The notes under the pieces are model-generated. The model worked only from the letters and a program-made list of their open reading frames with translations, was not told the origin of the DNA and ran no database searches. From assembly GCA_965240325.2 (NCBI GenBank), contig OZ251228.1, forward strand, positions 868,001-932,000: a stretch of DNA of 64,000 bases. The letters are read 5' to 3'. Of the stretch, positions 58,801-64,000 are shown piece after piece. Every line of letters begins with the position of its first letter. The stretch's first letter is position 1. A program made the translations under genes and the position numbers. The DNA is from Rebecca billardiae RCC1528 (taxonomy: Eukaryota > Protista > Haptophyta).

Positions 58801-61800
58801 GTCACCTCGCGGCGGCCATTCCGTCACCGGCCTGCAGCCACCGCTCGGCGCGCATCTCGGAGCGCGCGGCGAGGACGCCGGCGGAGACACAGCCACGCTT
58901 GGCAGCGTCGAGCGCCGATGCCGCCAGCGGCTGCGCCGCCGTGCGCGCGTCTCCGCCCGCACGTTGCGCCCAGCAAGCTCGTCCCAGCAGCGGCAGCCAT
59001 TCCGTCGCCGCGCGGCGGCCATTCCGTCACCTCGCGGCGGCCATTCCGTCACCGGCCTGCAGCCACCGCTCGGCGCGCATCTCGGAGCGCGCGGCGAGGA
59101 CGCCGGCGGAGACACAACCACGCTTGGCAGCGTCGAGCGCCGATGCCGCGAGCGGCTGCGCCGCCGTGCGCGCGTCTCCGCCTGCACGCTGCGCCCAACA
59201 GCTCGTCCCAGCAGCGGCAGCCATTCCGTCACCTCGCGGCGGCCATTCCGTCACCTCGCGGCGGCCATTCCGTCACCGGCCTGCAGCCACCGCTCGGCGC
59301 GCATCTCGGAGCGCGCGGCGAGGACGCCGGCGGAGACACAGCCACGCTTGGCAGCGTCGAGCGCCGATGTCGCGAGCGGCTGCGCCGCCGTGCGCGCGTC
59401 TCCGCCCGCACGTTGCGCCCAGCAAGCTCGTCCCAGCAGCGGCAGCCATTCCGCCGCCGCGCGGCGGCCATTCCGTCACCTCGCGGCGGCCATTCCGTCA
59501 CCGGCCTGCAGCCACCGCTCGGCGCGCATCTCGGAGCGCGCGGCGAGGACGCCGGCGAAGACACAGCCACGCTTGGCAAAGTCCAGCCCCGATGCGGCCA
59601 GCGGCTGCGCCGCCGTGCGCGCAACTCCGCCCGCACGTTGCGCCCAGCAAGCTCGTCCCAGCAGCGGCAGCCATTCCGTCGCCGCGCGGCGGCCATTCCG
59701 TCACCTCGCGGCGGCCATTCCGTCACCGGCCTGCAGCCACCGCTCGGCGCGCATCTCGGAGCGCGCGGCGAGGACGCCGGCGGAGACACAGCCACGCTCG
59801 GCAAAGTCGAGCACCAATGCCGCGAGCGGCTGCGCCGCCGTGCGCGCGTCTCCGCCCACACGTTGCGCCCAACAGCTCGTCCCAGCAGCGGCAGCCATTC
59901 CGTCGCCGCGCGGCGGCCATTCCGTCACCTCGCGGCGGCCATTCCGTCACCGGCCTGCAGCCACTGCTCGGCGCGCATCTCGGAGCGCGCGGCGAGGACG
60001 CCGGCGGAGACACAGCCACGCTCGGCAAAGTCGAGCGCCGATGCCGCGAGTGGCTGCGCCGCCGTGCGCGCAACTCCGCCCGCACGTTGCGCCCAGCAAG
60101 CTCGTCCCAGCAGCGGCAGCCATTCCGTCGCCGCGCGGCGGCCATTCCGTCACCTCGCGGCGGCCATTCCGTCACCGGCCTGCAGCCACCGCTCGGCGCG
60201 CATCTCGGAGCGCGCGGCGAGGACGCCGGCGGAGACACAGCCACGCTCAGCGTCGAGCGCCGATGCTCCGAGCCGCTGCGCCGCCGTGCGCGCGTCTCCG
60301 CCTGCACGCCGCGCCCAACAGCTCGTCCCAGCAGCGGCAGCCATTCCGTCGCCGCGCGGCGGCCATTCCGTCACCTCGCGGCGGCCATTCCGTCACCGGC
60401 CTGCAGCCACCGCTCGGCGCGCATCTCGGAGCGCGCGGCGAGGACGCCGGCGGAGACACAGCCACGCTCAGCGTCGAGCGCCGATGCCCCGAGCCGCTGC
60501 GCCGCCGTGCGCGCGTCCCCGCCCGCACGCCGCGCCCAACAGCTCGTCCCAGCAGCGGCAGCCATTCCGTCGCCGCGCGGCGGCCATTCCGTCACCTCGC
60601 GGCGGCCATTCCGTCACCGGCCTGCAGCCACCGCTCGGCGCGCATCTCGGAGCGCGCGGCGAGGACGCCGGCGGAGACACAGCCACGCTCAGCGTCGAGC
60701 GCCGATGCCCCGAGCCGCTGCGCCGCCGTGCGCGCGTCTCCGCCCGCACGTTGCGCCCAACAGCTCGTCCCAGCAGCGGCAGCCATTCCGTCGCCGCGCG
60801 GCGGCCATTCCGTCACCTCGCGGCGGCCATTCCGTCACCGGCCTGCAGCCACAGCTCGGCGCGCATCTCGGAGCGCGCGGCGAGGACGCCGGCGGAGACA
60901 CAGCCACGCAAGGCAGCGTCGAGCGCCCATGCCGCCAGCGGCTGCGCCGCCGTGCGCGCGTCTCCGCCCGCACGTTGCGCCCAGCAAGCTCGTCCCAGCA
61001 GCGGCAGCCATTCCGTCGCCGCGCGGCGGCCATTCCGTCACCTCGCGGCGGCCATTCCGTCACCGGCCTGCAGCCACCGCTCGGCGCGCATCTCGAAGCG
61101 CGCGGCGAGGACGCCGGCGGAGACACAGCCACGCTCGGCAGCGCCGAGCGTCGGTGCCGCGCAAACCAGCGCCGGCGTGCGCGGGTCTCCGCCTGCACGC
61201 CGCGCCCAACAGCTTGTCCCAGCAGCGGCAGCCATTCCGTCGCCGCGCGGCGGCCATTCCGTCACCTCGCGGCGGCCATTCCGTCACCGGCCTGCAGCCA
61301 CCGCTCGGCGCGCATCTCGGAGCGCGCGGCGAGGACGCCGGCGGAGACACAGCCACGCTCGGCAGCGTCGAGCGCCGATGCCGCGAGCGGCTGCGCCGCC
61401 GTGCGCGCGTCTCCGCCCGCACGTTGCGCCCAGCAGCTCGTCCCAGCAGCGGCAGCCATTCCGTCACCTCGCGGCGGCCATTCCGTCACCGGCCTGCAGC
61501 CACCGCTCGGCGCGCATCTCGAAGCGCGCGGCGAGGACGCCGGCGGAGACACAGCCACGCTCGGCAGCGCCGAGCGTCGGTGCCGCGCAAACCAGCGCCG
61601 GCGTGCGCGGGTCTCCGCCTGCACGCCGCGCCCAACAGCTTGTCCCAGCAGCGGCAGCCATTCCGTCGCCGCGCGGCGGCCATTCCGTCACCTCGCGGCG
61701 GCCATTCCGTCACCGGCCTGCAGCCACCGCTCGGCGCGCATCTCGGAGCGCGCGGCGAGGACGCCGGCGGAGACACAGCCACGCTCGGCAGCGTCGAGCG

Positions 61801-64000
61801 CCGATGCCGCGAGCGGCTGCGCCGCCGTGCGCGCGTCTCCGCCCGCACGTTGCGCCCAGCAGCTCGTCCCAGCAGCGGCAGCCATTCCGTCACCTCGCGG
61901 CGGCCATTCCGTCACCGGCCTGCAGCCACTGCTCGGCGCGCATCTCGGAGCGCGCGGCGAGGACGCCGGCGGAGACACAGCCACGCTCGGCAGCGTCGAG
62001 CACCGATGCCGCGAGCCGCTGCGCCACCGTGCGCGCGTCTCCGCCTGCACGCCGCGCCCAACAGCTCGGCCCAGCAGTGGCAGCCATTCTGTCGCCGCGC
62101 GGCGGCCATTCCGTCACCTCGCGGCGGCCATTCCGTCACCGGCCTGCAGCCACCGCTCGGCGCGCATCTCGGAGCGCGCGGCGAGGACGCCGGCGGAGAT
62201 ACAGCCACGCTTGGCAGCGTCGAGCGCCGCGTCGCGAGCGGCTGCGCCGCCGTGCGCGCGTCTCCGCCCACACGCCGCGCCCAACAGCTCGTCCCAGCAG
62301 CGGCAGCCATTCCGTCGCCGCGCGGCGGCCATTCCGTCACCTCGCGGCGGCCATTCCGTCACCGGCCTGCAGGCACCGCTCGGCGCGCATCTCGAAGCGC
62401 GCGGCGAGGACGCCGGCGGAGACACAGCCACGCTTGGCAGCGTCGAGCGCCGATGCCGCGAGCGGCTGCGCCGCCGTGCGCGCGTCTCCGCCTGCACGCC
62501 GCGCCCAACAGCTCGTCCCAGCAGCGGCAGCCATTCTGTCGCCGCGCGGCGGCCATTCCGTCACCTCGCGGCGGCCATTCCGTCACCGGCCTGCAGCCAC
62601 CGCTCGGCGCGCATCTCGGAGCGCGCGGCGAGGACGCCGGCGGAGACACAGCCACGCTCGGCAAAGTCGAACACCGATGCCGCGAGCGGCTGCGCCGCCG
62701 TGCGCGCGTCTCCGCCCACACGTTGCGCCCAACAGCTCGTCCCAGCAGCGGCAGCCATTCCGTCGCCGCGCGGCGGCCATTCCGTCACCTCGCGGCGGCC
62801 ATTCCGTCACCGGCCTGCAGCCACTGCTCGGCGCGCATCTCGGAGCGCGCGGCGAGGACGCCGGCGGAGACACAGCCACGCTCGGCAAAGTCGAGCGCTG
62901 ATGCCGCGAGTGGCTGCGCCGCCGTGCGCGCAACTCCGCCTGCACGTTGCGCCCAGCAAGCTCGTCCCAGCAGCGGCAGCCATTCCGTCGCCGCGCGGCG
63001 GCCATTCCGTCACCTCGCGGCGGCCATTCCGTCACCGGCCTGCAGCCACCGCTCGGCGCGCATCTCGGAGCGCGCGGCGAGGACGCCGGCGGAGACACAG
63101 CCACGCTCGGCAAAGTCGAGCGCCGATGTCGCGAGCGGCTGCGCCGCCGTGCGCGCGTCTCCGCCCGCACGTTGCGCCCAGCAAGCTCGTCCCAGCAGCG
63201 GCAGCCATTCCGCCGCCGCGCGGCGGCCATTCCGTCACCTCGCGGCGGCCATTCCGTCACCGGCCTGCAGCCAACGCTCGGCGCGCATCTCGGAGCGCGC
63301 GGCGAGGACGCCGGCGAAGACACAGCCACGCTTGGCAAAGTCGAGCCCCGATGCGGCCAGCGGCTGCGCCGCCGTGCGCGCAACTCCGCCCGCACGTTGC
63401 GCCCAGCAAGCTCGTCCCAGCAGCGGCAGCCATTCCGTCGCCGCGCGGCGGCCATTCCGTCACCTCGCGGCGGCCATTCCGTCACCGGCCTGCAGCCACC
63501 GCTCGGCGCGCATCTCGGAGCGCGCGGCGAGGACGCCGGCGGAGACACAGCCACGCTCGGCAAAGTCGAGCACCGATGCCGCGAGCGGCTGCGCCGCCGT
63601 GCGCGCGTCTCCGCCCACACGTTGCGCCCAACAGCTCGTCCCAGCAGCGGCAGCCATTCCGTCGCCGCGCGGCGGCCATTCCGTCACCTCGCGGCGGCCA
63701 TTCCGTCACCGGCCTGCAGCCACTGCTCGGCGCGCATCTCGGAGCGCGCGGCGAGGACGCCGGCGGAGACACAGCCACGCTCGGCAAAGTCGAGCGCCGA
63801 TGCCGCGAGTGGCTGCGCCGCCGTGCGCGCAACTCCGCCCGCACGTTGCGCCCAGCAAGCTCGTCCCAGCAGCGGCAGCCATTCCGTCGCCGCGCGGCGG
63901 CCATTCCGTCACCTCGCGGCGGCCATTCCGTCACCGGCCTGCAGCCACCGCTCGGCGCGCATCTCGGAGCGCGCGGCGAGGACGCCGGCGAAGACACAGC
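25830..64000 (+). repeat. GC-rich tandem satellite, ~224-bp monomer (variants 225, 223, 221, 202 bp), ~170 head-to-tail copies, runs off the window
   Basis: Monomer CCTGCAGCCACCGCTCGGCGCGCATCTCGGAG...CCATTCCGTCACCGG recurs without interruption; internal 22-bp subrepeat GCGGCCATTCCGTCACCTCGCG; periodicity is visible in the ORF track (steps of 224/225/221/202). Confidence 0.99.

Noticed and set aside
26409-62901. Giant ORFs of 4863, 3771 and 7920 aa as real proteins
   Set aside because: Monomer lengths of 224, 223, 221 and 202 bp shift frame constantly, all three frames give the same rotating peptides, and variants show no codon-position bias.
25830-64000. CRISPR array (22-bp repeats with spacers)
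   Set aside because: The intervening sequences are themselves near-identical repeats, there are no cas genes, and the context is eukaryotic.
25830-64000. CENP-B box, human satellite III relationship, or 5S/tRNA/snRNA tandem gene array
   Set aside because: No TTCG-N4-A-N2-CGGG match; CCATT is only a 5-mer coincidence; no Pol III boxes, oligo-T terminator or recognisable RNA gene.

Overview
Very GC-rich eukaryotic DNA with short GT-AG introns, probably from an alga such as a haptophyte (inferred from composition and gene content only). It has two parts. (1) 1-25.8 kb is gene-dense. It holds a divergent Arf-like GTPase, Rpn11 head-to-head with REX4, a frameshifted NACHT-WD40 (NWD-like) fragment, a crotonase/HIBCH-like gene with an extra N-terminal domain, an F-box-like/RCC1 gene, a Pro-rich Cys-module surface protein and an Orai-family Ca2+ channel. 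Three apparently non-autonomous mobile elements sit among these genes. One is a 4.16-kb element (13067-17226) with split direct repeats in A..B-A..B order (PAT/Ngaro-type tyrosine-recombinase retroelement architecture). It encodes only a Gag-like ORF and a convergent unknown ORF, and it splits a divergent promoter. The other two (447-2435 and 22940-25681) are Helitron2/Helentron-like. They share a ~260-bp structured 5' end, asymmetric subterminal inverted repeats and an identical 3' hairpin, but carry unrelated cargo. (2) From ~25.83 kb to the window end is an uninterrupted ~224-bp GC-rich satellite (~170 monomers) with nested higher-order duplications, a candidate centromeric or heterochromatic array. 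The giant 3771-7920-aa ORFs there are repeat artefacts.
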